63,943 bases of DNA, filler included, from Lama guanicoe (GCA_013239625.1; 74 parts of 71 records of this genome joined end to end with filler, not necessarily neighbours in it); one strand, 5' to 3'. Positions 1-11,897 are shown, numbered from the whole stretch's first letter. Notes: generated by a model from the letters alone, not told the origin. Translations and numbers: made by a program.

Positions 1-862
1 CTGACTCTCTGACTCTTACACCAAACCAAAGCTACTTCTCTAGGATAAACACATAAACACAAGAGACACCTTCTATTTCCCTAATGGTGAATACAGTAAA
101 GGTAAAGAAGGTCAAATTTACAGAGCTCTTCTTAGAAAATCAGGAGACTATTTGCTTCTGCAATAATTTTTATTTCTTCTTCATGGTGTTTATAACAGTA
201 ATGGATGTGAAATAGCAGGGAAATACAGTGAACTGTTTTATTAAAAATAAAGTCCTGATCAATAAATTATCACTAAGAATAGATTATGGCGTATCTATCA
301 CTGTATTCGAAAACTCCTTGTACTGAAATCGGATACCACATGGAGCAGAGCGTTACCTTTTATCACACGTAGGAGAATGACACCCAAACTACGGTTTCTG
401 AACTGGCTATACTTTTTCCTCCTTACCATCAGTGGAAATGATAAAGTAACCTCTCCATTCGTCTATCAAAGGAGTGAGATCACTGCCAGAAACTAGAATG
501 CNNNNNNNNNNNNNNNNNNNNNNNNNNNNNNNNNNNNNNNNNNNNNNNNNNNNNNNNNACAATATTAATCTCCTTGGATGAGGCCGTTGTGAATGTCACT
601 ACATCACTGTTGCCGGCAAGTGGATTTGAATTCAAAATATTGCTTTATCCAATAGGCCGGAAATGAAACCTCCAGAAAAGAAATTTACATATATAGGCTT
701 TTAAAACCTCTATACTTTCTGTACCTACAGGATTGGTTTTTAAACTACGTAAGTATACAAATTCACACACACACGTTTGAAGGTGACTAAAGAAAATACC
801 TCAGCATTCTTTTTCTTGTTAGCCTTTTCTGCCTCCTTTTGTTGGGAAAGACGATGGGCCAG

Positions 863-962
863 NNNNNNNNNNNNNNNNNNNNNNNNNNNNNNNNNNNNNN
901 NNNNNNTTAATTAATTAANNNNNNNNNNNNNNNNNNNNNNNNNNNNNNNNNNNNNNNNNNNN
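863..962. other. Artificial scaffold-joining linker N44-TTAATTAATTAA-N44 (first of ~73 copies; last core at 63157)
   Basis: 44 N + palindromic TTAATTAATTAA (stops in all six frames) + 44 N = 100 bp, recurring between unrelated sequences throughout the window. Confidence 0.98.
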
Positions 963-1330
963 GGGCCGAGCTCTCCACGCCCTGTGCACTTCACTGTCCT
1001 TGAACAGCAGATGAGGTGGTGCTGGTTCCCAGGGACTGAAGACGACTGAGGAGACGTGCCACAGTGTCTCCGCATGACCGAGGACAGCGTTGTCACTGTG
1101 TCACAGGGAGATGGTGGAGGCAAGAGCTCAGGGGCTGGTGCGACGATTCTCCGAGGGGTGGGAGGGGCACTGAGGTGGGTATCTTGGCCACTGCCCTCCC
1201 CACCCCCGCAGCGGAGCCGGCAGCCCCAAGGCCGAGACTCTGCCATTCTCTTCAGGGCTGTATTCCAGCCTCCCTGATGCACGTCTACACCAGCGGTTGC
1301 TCCACACACGTCTGCCTCAGGAAGGCTCAC

Positions 1331-1396
1331 TTTTCAACATTTTTGCAGCAAATGAATCAGGTAATCCAACTGCTGGTATTTCCTGAAAGACTGTAT
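1331..1396 (-). other. Candidate 66-nt internal coding exon, gene unidentified
   Basis: Minus strand: pyrimidine-rich tract ending ccccgtAG, 66 nt open in only one frame (DTVFQEIPAVGLPDSFAAKMLK), donor AA|GTGAGC. Confidence 0.4.
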
Positions 1397-1863
1397 CTAC
1401 GGGGAAACGTGGGACAGAGCAAAACAAAAACCCGTTTCCTGGATGCTTCTCATTTACAGCAAAATCTGTACCACAACTAGTAAGACAATGAGGAGAGAAC
1501 GTTTTTCTAGGACAGAACTCGGGGTTTTGTTGTTGGAAATGTTGTTGTTTGAACAGTTCACAGATGAGAGAAAAGCAAAAATAGAGGGAAAGGGAAAAAA
1601 CCCCCAAACGGCAGATGCTCTGACTAAGAACGGAGGCGTCCCGGCCTCAGCTGCTGGACTAGGGGCTGCGGCTCTGGGCCCCCGGTGGCGGTGAGGCAGC
1701 ATCTGCACGCACCGTGCGGTGTGTGCGTTCCACAGGGCCCGCTAAGCAGAAACTGCACTGACANNNNNNNNNNNNNNNNNNNNNNNNNNNNNNNNNNNNN
1801 NNNNNNNTTAATTAATTAANNNNNNNNNNNNNNNNNNNNNNNNNNNNNNNNNNNNNNNNNNNN

Positions 1864-2466
1864 TCCTCCTCCTCCTCCACATCCTCCTCCTCGTCCTCCA
1901 CATCCTCCTCCTCATCCTCCTCCTCAACCTCCTCCTCCTTCACATCCTCTTCCTCCACATCCTCCTCCTCCACATCCTCCTCCTCCTCCACATCCTCCTC
2001 ATACTCCTCCACCTCCATATCCTCCTCCACATCCTCCTCTTCCTCAACTTGCTCCTCCTCCTTCTCCTCATCCACATGCTCCTCCTCCTCCTCCTCCTCC
2101 ACCTCCACCTCCTCCTCCGCCTCCTCCTCCTCCTCCTTCACCTCCTCCTCCACCTCCTCCTCCACTTCCTCCTCAACCTCCAACTCCTCCTCCACCTCCA
2201 CATCCTCCTCCTCAACATCCTCCTCCTCCACATCCTCCTCCTCCTCCTCCACCTCCTCCTCCTCCTCCACCTCCTCCTCCTCATCCTCATCCTCCTACAT
2301 ATCCTCCTCCTCCTCCCCCTCCACAACCTCCTCCACGTCCTCCACCTCCTGCTCCACCTCCTCATCCTCCTCCACCTCCTCCTCCTTCACCTCCTCTTCC
2401 ACAATATCCTCTTCCTGCTCCACATCCTCCTCCTCCTCCACATCCTCCTCCTCCTCCACCACATCC
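1864..2466. repeat. Degenerate (TCC)n/(GGA)n triplet array
   Basis: Triplet-phased TCC with ACC/ACA/TCA variants fills the whole fragment. Confidence 0.95.
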
Positions 2467-2566
2467 NNNNNNNNNNNNNNNNNNNNNNNNNNNNNNNNNN
2501 NNNNNNNNNNTTAATTAATTAANNNNNNNNNNNNNNNNNNNNNNNNNNNNNNNNNNNNNNNNNNNN

Positions 2567-3131
2567 TTTTTTTGACCCATGGGCTCATTAGAAGTGTGTT
2601 AAGTTATTATTTGGGAATTTTTCCAAGTTTCTGCTGCTGATTTAGTTGCACTGTAGAAAGAAAACATGCTCTGTTATTTCAGTCTTTCACATTTTATGGA
2701 GACGTGCTTTAAGACCTAGAATTGAGGTCTGTCTCGGTGCACACTCCATGTGCCTGTGAGAAGAATGTGTATTCTTTGTTGGGTGGAATATTTTGTACAT
2801 GTTCATTGGGTCAAGTTGTTTGNNNNNNNNNNNNNNNNNNNNNNNNNNNNNNCTTGTTCAGTGAGGACTGTTATGATTTCCAACTATAATTACAGATTTG
2901 TCTACCTGCATTTCTGTCAGCTTTTTCTTCATGTACTTTGAAGCTCTGTTATGTGATACACACTGAGGACTGTTACAGCCTTTGGATGCGTTATCAAATG
3001 CCTGTCTTTATCCCTCAGATTTTTTTGGGGGGGGTTGGTTGCTTTGAAATTCACTTTGATAACATGGCAGCCCCTCCGAGCGAGTTATGGGTTAGTGTTT
3101 GGATGATGTGACTTCCCCAACCCTTTTACTT
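2567..3131 (-). mobile_element. Old L1 (L1M-type) ORF2 endonuclease-region fragment
   Basis: Antisense L1 motifs gacccatggg...agaagtgtgtt, gagaagaatgtgtattct, aaatgcctgtctttatccc. Confidence 0.75.
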
Positions 3132-3957
3132 NNNNNNNNNNNNNNNNNNNNNNNNNNNNNNNNNNNNNNNNNNNNTTAATTAATTAANNNNNNNNNNNNN
3201 NNNNNNNNNNNNNNNNNNNNNNNNNNNNNNNGTTTCAACATTTTCATGTCCCACCCATTTGGTTGTTAAATAGGTAGATCGCTGAAATCCAGTCCATCGA
3301 AAACATCAGTACAATGTAAAGAACAGCATGCGATCTGTAGGGATATAAAGTTTTAAGCAATTCTTGTGTTATCGTATTAAAAAGAGGTGTAGAATATTGT
3401 AGAACATTGACTCAGTCTTTAGTGATATATCATCCATGAAGTTCACCTGAGTGAAACAAGTACGTATAATGAACCCAAAGGATGGGTAATTTGGTGAATT
3501 AGTAATCAAATGGGTAGAAGTGAAAATGAAAGAAGAGTAATAACTATGGTTGGTACTGAAACTGACCAGACATGATCAGGCAAAAATATATGTATACATT
3601 GGATCACTTGGGAGTATGGTCAAGAGAAGTGGACTAGCAAGCCTCAAGTTTAAAATAGTTATAGACTAATGTGTAAGTCAAAAGTAGAAACTTGAGAGCC
3701 TTGTGTTCAGGCAGCCACAAGCAGGCCTTCACAGTGGAGACTTGCTCCTACCATGCTCCATGGTTGAGTGGAGCTGGTGGTGAGGCTCCCTAGTTAGATA
3801 AAACTCCTCATGGGGCTCCACATGGGCATCGAGGGAGAGAGAGAGAGAGAGAGAGAGNNNNNNNNNNNNNNNNNNNNNNNNNNNNNNNNNNNNNNNNNNN
3901 NTTAATTAATTAANNNNNNNNNNNNNNNNNNNNNNNNNNNNNNNNNNNNNNNNNNNN

Positions 3958-4352
3958 TTTCATATTCTAAATTCTGTATTCACTATTTTGTATTCTATAT
4001 TGTAAAGTCTATTCTCTGCATTCCATTTCTAAATCCTGGGTTCTATATTCTCTTTTATATATTCTATATTCTGTGTTCTTCATTCTAGATTCTACATTCT
4101 AAATTCTGCATTCCGTATTCTATATTCTAATTTCTGTGTTCTGCATTCTATGTTCTAAATTCTATGTTCAGTATAACTGTATTATATTTTCTAAATTCTG
4201 TGTTCTGCATTCCATGTTCTAAATTCTGTTTTCTGCATTCTTTTTTCCATATTCTATATTTTGTTTTCTAAATTATATATTCTGTATTCTATATTCTGCA
4301 TTTCGTAATCTATATTCAATATTCTGTGTTCTACATTCTATATTCTAAATTC
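3958..4352 (+). repeat. AT-rich heptamer satellite (CTATATT/CTGTATT variants, ~63-bp higher unit)
   Basis: 7-bp periodicity: ctaaatt ctgtgtt ctgcatt ccatgtt ctatatt. Confidence 0.93.
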
Positions 4353-4494
4353 NNNNNNNNNNNNNNNNNNNNNNNNNNNNNNNNNNNNNNNNNNNNTTAA
4401 TTAATTAANNNNNNNNNNNNNNNNNNNNNNNNNNNNNNNNNNNNNNNNNNNNCCTCATCTCCTCCCCCTAGTAAATGTTCTGACTATGGACTTA

Positions 4495-4992
4495 TTTTTT
4501 TAAATTGAAGTATACTTGATTTACAGTGTTGTGTTAGTTTCAGTGTATAGCAAAATGATTCATTTATACATACATACATATATATATATATCCTTTTCCA
4601 TTATAGGTTATTACAAGATATTGAATATAGTTCCCTGTGCTGTATAATAGGTTCTCGTTTATATATATAATAGTGTGTATATCTTAATCCCAAACTCCCA
4701 ATTTATCCCTCCTCACCTTTCCCTTTGGTAACCATAGTTGGTTTTTTATGTCTGTGAATCTATTTCTGATTTGTAGGTATGTTCATTTGTATCTTGGTTT
4801 TTTTAGATTCCAAATGTAATATCGATATTGATATTTGTCTTTTTCTGACTTACCTTACTTAATATAATCTCTAGGTTCATCCGTGTTGTTGCAGATGACA
4901 TCATCTTATTCTTTTTTATGGCTGAGTAGTATTCCATTGTGTATATATGTATATACATATACCACATCTTCTTGATCCATTCATCTCTTGAT
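4495..4992 (-). mobile_element. L1 3' end (cetartiodactyl type)
   Basis: tttttaaattgaagtata...ttacaagatattgaatatagttccctgtgct...tttatggctgagtagtattccattgtgtata. Confidence 0.88.
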
Positions 4993-5757
4993 NNNNNNNN
5001 NNNNNNNNNNNNNNNNNNNNNNNNNNNNNNNNNNNNTTAATTAATTAANNNNNNNNNNNNNNNNNNNNNNNNNNNNNNNNNNNNNNNNNNNNGTTTTGTT
5101 GATTTGCAGTGTCTTTGAATTTCAACTAGTGATCAGCATTGAAAAACTGGGAAATTTCTCGATGAGGCTTATGGATTTCTGGATTTTTAGGGATGACTTG
5201 AAAATCCAGCCACTGGTAGGCTGTGTTCCCACCTTCTGGGGCAGAGAAGTGGGGCAATAGCTGCCCTTTGTAGATCGGGGTGTGTGTGCAGTCAGCGTGG
5301 TCCCCTCACCCTGGCTGGTGATGTGCGTGGCCTGCAGCACTGATGTTCTGTTACCTGCCTCAGTCCTCGNNNNNNNNNNNNNNNNNNNNNNNNNNNNNNN
5401 NNNNNNNNNGGATGACTCCTTAAAAACAAAACGTTTTTTGGACTGTGACCACTTATCCAACTTCTAATATATTGCTTGTCATTCTTAATTTTTTCAGAAG
5501 TCCTAAAAATTTGTTAATAAAACCTGTGGTATACATAATACTTTTTATCCAGTGTTAGCTTATTAGATATTTTTTAAATCTTTGTTTTTATAATAGTAAC
5601 AATTTGAAAGTTCTAAGGAATGATGATTATAATTTTTCCAAATCTCTTCATCTCAGTGAGCAAATTAAAAAACCACTACTTTTTTACTGGGATGAGGCTC
5701 ACAAAAAAGAATTTGATTGAAGATCATATAAATAACTTTTTTCTTTTAAGAATGGGT

Positions 5758-6057
5758 TATAGAGATATCGCCTCCCACTAGTCAGAATGAGCACCATTAA
5801 AAGTCCATGAATGATAAACACTGGGGAGGGTGCGGAGAACAGGAAGCCTCCTGCACTGCTGGTGGGAATGTAGTTTGGTGCAGCCACTATGGAAAAACAG
5901 TATGGAGATTCCTTAAAAAACTAAAAATAGACTTATCATGTGATCCAGCAGTCCCACTCCTGGGCATGTATTCAGAGAGAACTCTTAACTCAAAAGATAC
6001 ATGCACCGCAGTGTTCATAGCAGCACAATTTACAATAGTCAAGGCTTGGAAACCACC
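5758..6057 (+). mobile_element. L1 ORF2 C-terminal fragment, 5' truncated
   Basis: Translates to the ORF2 C-terminal pattern ...[26 protein letters not shown]...CTAVFIAAQFTIVKAWKP. Confidence 0.92.
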
Positions 6058-6157
6058 NNNNNNNNNNNNNNNNNNNNNNNNNNNNNNNNNNNNNNNNNNN
6101 NTTAATTAATTAANNNNNNNNNNNNNNNNNNNNNNNNNNNNNNNNNNNNNNNNNNNN

Positions 6158-6668
6158 AGACTTGTTTACAGCCTGAGGCAGATAGGATCCTTCTGCCCTG
6201 GTACCTCTGAGAATTCACACTGCCAAGACAAACAAGGAGCTGCGTTTTGGCAAGGAACAGGGGCAGGGCTGTTTCCCCGTCTTCCCTGAGCCTGCCTATG
6301 GAGCGTGGGCCCAAGGCAGAGCAGGCAGCTGCACAGAGCAGGGGAGTGACTGGCGCCAGGAGAGGGCAGGTGGCCACCCGCCTTCCCGGCAGGAGCACAG
6401 CACGTGACCAGGGTGCTGGGAGGGGGTGCAACCTGCCCACCTATCTTGCCCTAGTGCAGCATCTGACCTGCAGTATTGGGAGGGGGAGTGACCCGCCACC
6501 TCCTGTGATGTTGGAGCCCATCTACCTCGCCGGAGGGCAGCATCTGACAGCGGGAAATGGAGGGGGAGTGACCTGCCCACCCACCGTGTAAAAGCACATC
6601 ACCTGACCACAGAGTTGGGAGGGGGCGCGATCTGCTTGCTGACAGGCACTGTGAGCATCACAGACATT
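6158..6668 (+). mobile_element. Probable L1 5'UTR segment with four imperfect 60-80 bp subrepeats
   Basis: Collinear with the reverse complement of 19228-19680 (shared gcagataggatccttc, ggcgcgatctgcttgc); subunits of form cagcatctgac...ggagggggagtgacc at ~6395, 6454, 6535, 6593. Confidence 0.65.
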
Positions 6669-6704
6669 GGTGGGCAGGTTGCACCCCCTGCCAGCACCCT
6701 GGTC

Positions 6705-6867
6705 TGGATAAAGAAGTGGTGGTATATGTATACAATGGAATACTATTCAGCCGTAAAAAGTGACAACATAACGCCATTTGCAGCAACATGGATGTCCCTG
6801 GAGTATGTCATTCTAAGTGAAGTAAGCCAGAAAGAGAAAGAAAAACCCCATATGATATCACCCATAT

Positions 6868-6912
<45 letters not shown>

Positions 6913-7098
6913 AAGCATAAATACAAAACAGAAATAGACTCATAGACATAGAATACAAACTTGTGGTTGCCAAGGGGGATGGGGTGGGAAGGGACAGACT
7001 GGGATTTCAAAATTTGTAGATATTCACCGGCATATGTAGAAAAGATAAGCAAGATTATACTGTATAGCACACAGAAATATATACAAGATCTTGTGGTA
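6705..7098 (+). mobile_element. L1 ORF2 end and 3'UTR with internal (CA)n
   Basis: WIKKWWYMYTMEYYSAVK...PFAATWMSLEYVILSEVSQKEKEK; (CA)n at ~6870-6908; 3'UTR shared with 48282, 59046 and 60977 copies. Confidence 0.92.
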
Positions 7099-7198
7099 NN
7101 NNNNNNNNNNNNNNNNNNNNNNNNNNNNNNNNNNNNNNNNNNTTAATTAATTAANNNNNNNNNNNNNNNNNNNNNNNNNNNNNNNNNNNNNNNNNNNN

Positions 7199-8015
7199 TT
7201 CTACATTCTGTCTTCTACTTTCTATATTCTATATTCTATATTCAGTGCTCTGTAGTCTATATTCTAAATTCTGTGCTCTTCATTCCATGTTCTAAATTCT
7301 ATATTCAGAATTCTGTATTCTCTATTGTAAATTCTGTGTTCTGCATTCTATATTCTAAATTCTATATTCAGTATAATTTATTGTAAAATCTAAATTCTGT
7401 ATTCTGCATTTTGTGTTCTAAATTCTGGGTTCTGTATTCTGATTTCCATATTATATGTTCTGTATTCTAAATTCTATATTCAATTCTATATTCTGTATTC
7501 TAAACTCTATATTCTGTATTCTATATTCTGCATTCCGTATATTATATTTTATATTCTGTGTTCTATATTTTAAATTCTATATTCTGTATTCTGTGGTCTA
7601 TATTTTAAATTCTGTGTTCTGTATTCCATGTTAAAAATTTTTGATTCTATATTCTCTATTCTATATTCTATACTCTGTGTTCTACTTTCAATTTTCTAAA
7701 TCCTATATTCAGTATTCTGTGGTCTATATTTTAGATTCTGTGCTCTACATTCTTTATTCTAAATTCTATATTCAGTGTTCTGTATTCTATATTCTAAATT
7801 CTGTGTTCTGCATTCCAAGTTATAAATTCTTATTTCAGTATATTGTATTTTATATTCTTAATTTTTTCCTGCATTCCATGTTCTAAATTATGAGTTATGT
7901 ATTCAGTTTTCAATATTTTATATTCTATTTCTATATTCCATATACCGTATTCTATATTCTGCATTTCGTATTGTATGTTCTTTATTGTGTGTTCTACATT
8001 ATATATTCGAAATTC
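7199..8015 (+). repeat. AT-rich heptamer satellite
   Basis: Same 7-bp/63-bp pattern as 3958-4352. Confidence 0.93.
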
Positions 8016-8115
8016 NNNNNNNNNNNNNNNNNNNNNNNNNNNNNNNNNNNNNNNNNNNNTTAATTAATTAANNNNNNNNNNNNNNNNNNNNNNNNNNNNN
8101 NNNNNNNNNNNNNNN

Positions 8116-8634
8116 TCTATTCTATATTCTAAATTCTGTGTTATGCATTCAATGTTCTAAATTCAGATTTCTGTATTCTGTTTTCCATATTCTATATGCT
8201 GTGTTCTACATTCTATATTCTGTATTCCGTATTCTATATTCTATATTCTGTGTTCTACATTCTATATTCTAAATTCTATATTCAGTATTCTGTATTCTAT
8301 ATNNNNNNNNNNNNNNNNNNNNNNNNNNNNNNNNNNNNNNNNNNNNNNNNNNNNNNNNNNNNNNNNNNNNNNNNNNNNNNNNNNNNNNNNNNNNNNNATT
8401 CTATATTTTCTGTTCTTCATTCTATATTCTACATTCAATAACATGCATTCCGTATTCTATATTCTATATTCTGTGTTCTACATTGCATACTCTAAATTCT
8501 ACATTCAGTATTCTGTATTCTATAATCTTAATTCTGTGTTCTGCATACCATGTTCTAAATTCTCGGTTCTCTGTTGTCTGTTCTATATTCTATATTCTCT
8601 GTTCTACATTCTATATGCTAAATTCTATATTCAG
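8116..8634 (+). repeat. AT-rich heptamer satellite
   Basis: Same 7-bp/63-bp pattern. Confidence 0.93.
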
Positions 8635-8734
8635 NNNNNNNNNNNNNNNNNNNNNNNNNNNNNNNNNNNNNNNNNNNNTTAATTAATTAANNNNNNNNNN
8701 NNNNNNNNNNNNNNNNNNNNNNNNNNNNNNNNNN

Positions 8735-9831
8735 AACAGAATACAGAACCCAGAATTAAGAACATGTATCGCAGAAACATAATATAGAATATAGAATAGA
8801 GAATACTGAATATACACTTTAGAACATGGAATGCAGAACACAAAATTTAGAATATAGAATACAGAATACTGAATATAAAATTTAGAATTTAGAATGTAGA
8901 ACACCCAATATAGTATATGGAATACGGAATGCAGATTATAGAATGTAGAATATAGAATGAAGAACACAAAATATAGAATATATAAAATGAACATAGAACG
9001 TAGAATATAGTAATGGAATGCAGAACACAGAATTAAGAATATAGACTACAGAATTCTGATTATATATTTTGAATAGAGAATGTAGAACACAGAATAGAGT
9101 ATATGGAATACGGAATGCAGATTATAGAATGTAGAATATAGAATGAAGAACACAAATTATAGAATATATAAAAGAGAATATAGAGTGCTGAATTTAGAAC
9201 TGGAATGCTGAACTCAGAATTTAGAATATAGAATACAGAATTCTGAATATAGAATTTAGAATATAAAATGTAGAACCCAGAATATAGACTATGGAATACA
9301 GAATACTGAATATAAAATTTAGAATTTAGAATGTAGAACACCCAATATAGTATATGGAATACGGAAAGCAGGAATTTGTATTTGGAATAAAGAATGAAGA
9401 ACACAAAATTTAGAATATATAAAAGAGAATATAGAGTGCTGAATTTAGAACTGGAATGCTGAACTCAGAATTTAGAATATAGAATACAGAATTCTGAATA
9501 TAGAATTTAGAATATAAAATGTAGAACCCAGAATATAGACTATGGAATACAGAATACTGANNNNNNNNNNNNNNNNNNNNNNNNNNNNNNNNNNNNNNNN
9601 NNNNNNNNNNNNNNNNNNNNNNNNNNNNNNNNNNNNNNNNNNNNNNNNNNNNNNNNNNATATACAATGTAGAACACAGTATATAGAATATAGAATACGGA
9701 GGGCAGAATATAGAATGTAGAAAATAGAATGAAGAACACAAATTATAGAATATATAAAAGAGACTATACTATCCAGAATTAAAAAATGGAATGCAGAACA
9801 CAGAATTTAGTATACAGAATACAAAATACTG
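8735..9831 (-). repeat. AT-rich heptamer satellite (reverse orientation)
   Basis: aatatag/aatacag/aatttag units; ~150-bp block repeated at 251-bp spacing (9181, 9432). Confidence 0.93.
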
Positions 9832-9931
9832 NNNNNNNNNNNNNNNNNNNNNNNNNNNNNNNNNNNNNNNNNNNNTTAATTAATTAANNNNNNNNNNNNN
9901 NNNNNNNNNNNNNNNNNNNNNNNNNNNNNNN

Positions 9932-10340
9932 GGGTTAAATTTTATGAATTTCATTATTCTTTCAAAAGATAATAGTTTGATTTGATGTTTCTATTTTTAA
10001 TCTTTATTTTATTTATTTATATTCTGAACTTTCAGCTGTCTTTCCTTCTACTAACAAGTTTTTTTAATTGTTTTGCTACATATTTTGTTTGTAAGATTAT
10101 GTTATAATTGAGAGATAATTATTATTTGTATAAGTGGGATTATTTTGCTATAAGCTTCCCTATTAATACTGCGTCTGCTTTACCCCATGGACTTTGTTTC
10201 TGTATTTGTTTCTGATATTTCATTATATATATTTCCTTTGATTTATACAGCAATCCATTGTTTGTTTAATATTGTATGATTTATCCTCCACACTTTACAA
10301 TTTTCCCAGGTTTTTTCCTTTAGTAAATTTCTATTCTACA
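9932..10340 (-). mobile_element. Old L1 ORF2 fragment (post-endonuclease), antisense
   Basis: ttccttctacta...gctataagcttccctattaatactgc...ccccatg, homologous to 35897-36239. Confidence 0.7.
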
Positions 10341-10344
10341 GAAT

Positions 10345-10921
10345 CCTTAGGTCTCTTCACAAAACAAGGAAAAAATAATAAAATTTATAAAAAAATATGA
10401 AAGACCCAAATTTTCTAAAATTATCTTTGAAAAATGAACAAAGCTGTGGGTAATATCCTCCCTGACTTTGGAACATACAACAAAGCTATAGTAATGAAAA
10501 CACCTAAATATGGCACTAAAAGAGACACATAGAACAATGGAACAAAATAAAGAGTCCTAAAATAAACCCACACACATATGGTCAATAAGTCTACAATGAA
10601 GGGGGCAAGAGTATAAAATGGAAAAAAGGCAATCTCTTCAACAAGTAGTTCTGGGAAAACTAGACAGTTCATGTAAAAGGAAGATATAAGAGCACTTCCT
10701 TCCATAGTATACAAAATAAGATAAAAATGGAATAATTTTCTAAAAGTAATACCTGATAATTAACACTTTCTGACCAAGAACAGGAGCAGATCTGCCTTTG
10801 AGATAAATCATAGCAATATTTTTTTGATCTATCTCCTAAGTAAAAAGAAAAGAAAAATTTACAATAACAGTGTTTAATTTTACTGAGGAGAAAATAGATG
10901 TAATATGTGATACAGGGATTC
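10345..10921 (+). mobile_element. Old L1 ORF2 fragment (post-RT), sense
   Basis: ccctgacttt...acaaagctatagtaatgaaaac...agacacatagaacaatggaaca...ataaacccacacacatatggtcaa. Confidence 0.85.
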
Positions 10922-11021
10922 NNNNNNNNNNNNNNNNNNNNNNNNNNNNNNNNNNNNNNNNNNNNTTAATTAATTAANNNNNNNNNNNNNNNNNNNNNNN
11001 NNNNNNNNNNNNNNNNNNNNN

Positions 11022-11797
11022 AGCGGATGCTACATTTTGGATGGCACCGGCACGGAACGGCACCGAGGACGCAAATGCAGGTCTGCGGGACCATTCCAGC
11101 AGACCCTGATGTGTGACATCCATAGATATGCTTCCACTGTTGTGTCAGTAGACAGAGAAGCTCTGGGAAGAACTGCTTTCATTGGGACATTCCCGTGGCT
11201 CTTCAAAGCACAAGTGCACTCTCAGTTTGCTGTTTTGGAAACACTCCAAAATGACATAGAGCAGAATGCAGAGCTGAGAACCTTTAGAAGCTTCATTTCC
11301 ACAAGAGGAAGTGTCCTGCGCACTTTCAGAAATGTGAGATAAGCGAAATCAAAATGAAGTTATGCAACTCGAAATAGTATGGGTTTTTTATCACAACAAA
11401 TGCAACACCAGCAATTGGAGATATACAGGACAACACACACAGGAACAGGATATGGCATCAATGTCTAGGAGAAACTGTCCTCACAGAAATCCCATGGAAT
11501 TGAAGTCTAAAATTTTCACTTAAAAAAGACCTAGAAGTCTACATTAGATATCTGATATTACCTGACCAGTAGAGATGAAGAAGTACAGTAAAAGAAACAG
11601 GAAGTACCATTTTCAGTTCCAAGGATATTAAAGGCCCAAAAGATAAGCTTTCAAACAACTAGACTGTAAAACGCTATCCAGACCAATTGATGAAAAGGGT
11701 GGTCAAGAAAACACTGAAGAACAACAGTGTCTCAGAGTCACCAAAGGAAGAACACCAGAAAAGGGGAAGAGAAAGTTTAAAGACGAGCCAAAAAATA
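11022..11797 (+). repeat. Large-unit (>=1.4 kb) multicopy repeat, family B
   Basis: Collinear with 44337-44644 and 49217-49876, and with the reverse of 31299-31640, 44745-45518 and 16077-16607. Confidence 0.88.
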
Positions 11798-11897
11798 NNN
11801 NNNNNNNNNNNNNNNNNNNNNNNNNNNNNNNNNNNNNNNNNTTAATTAATTAANNNNNNNNNNNNNNNNNNNNNNNNNNNNNNNNNNNNNNNNNNNN

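Noticed and set aside
1040..1100. CACAGTG ... CACTGTG pair resembling D-segment RSS heptamers
   Set aside because: Order is opposite to a germline D segment and there are no nonamers at 12/23 spacing
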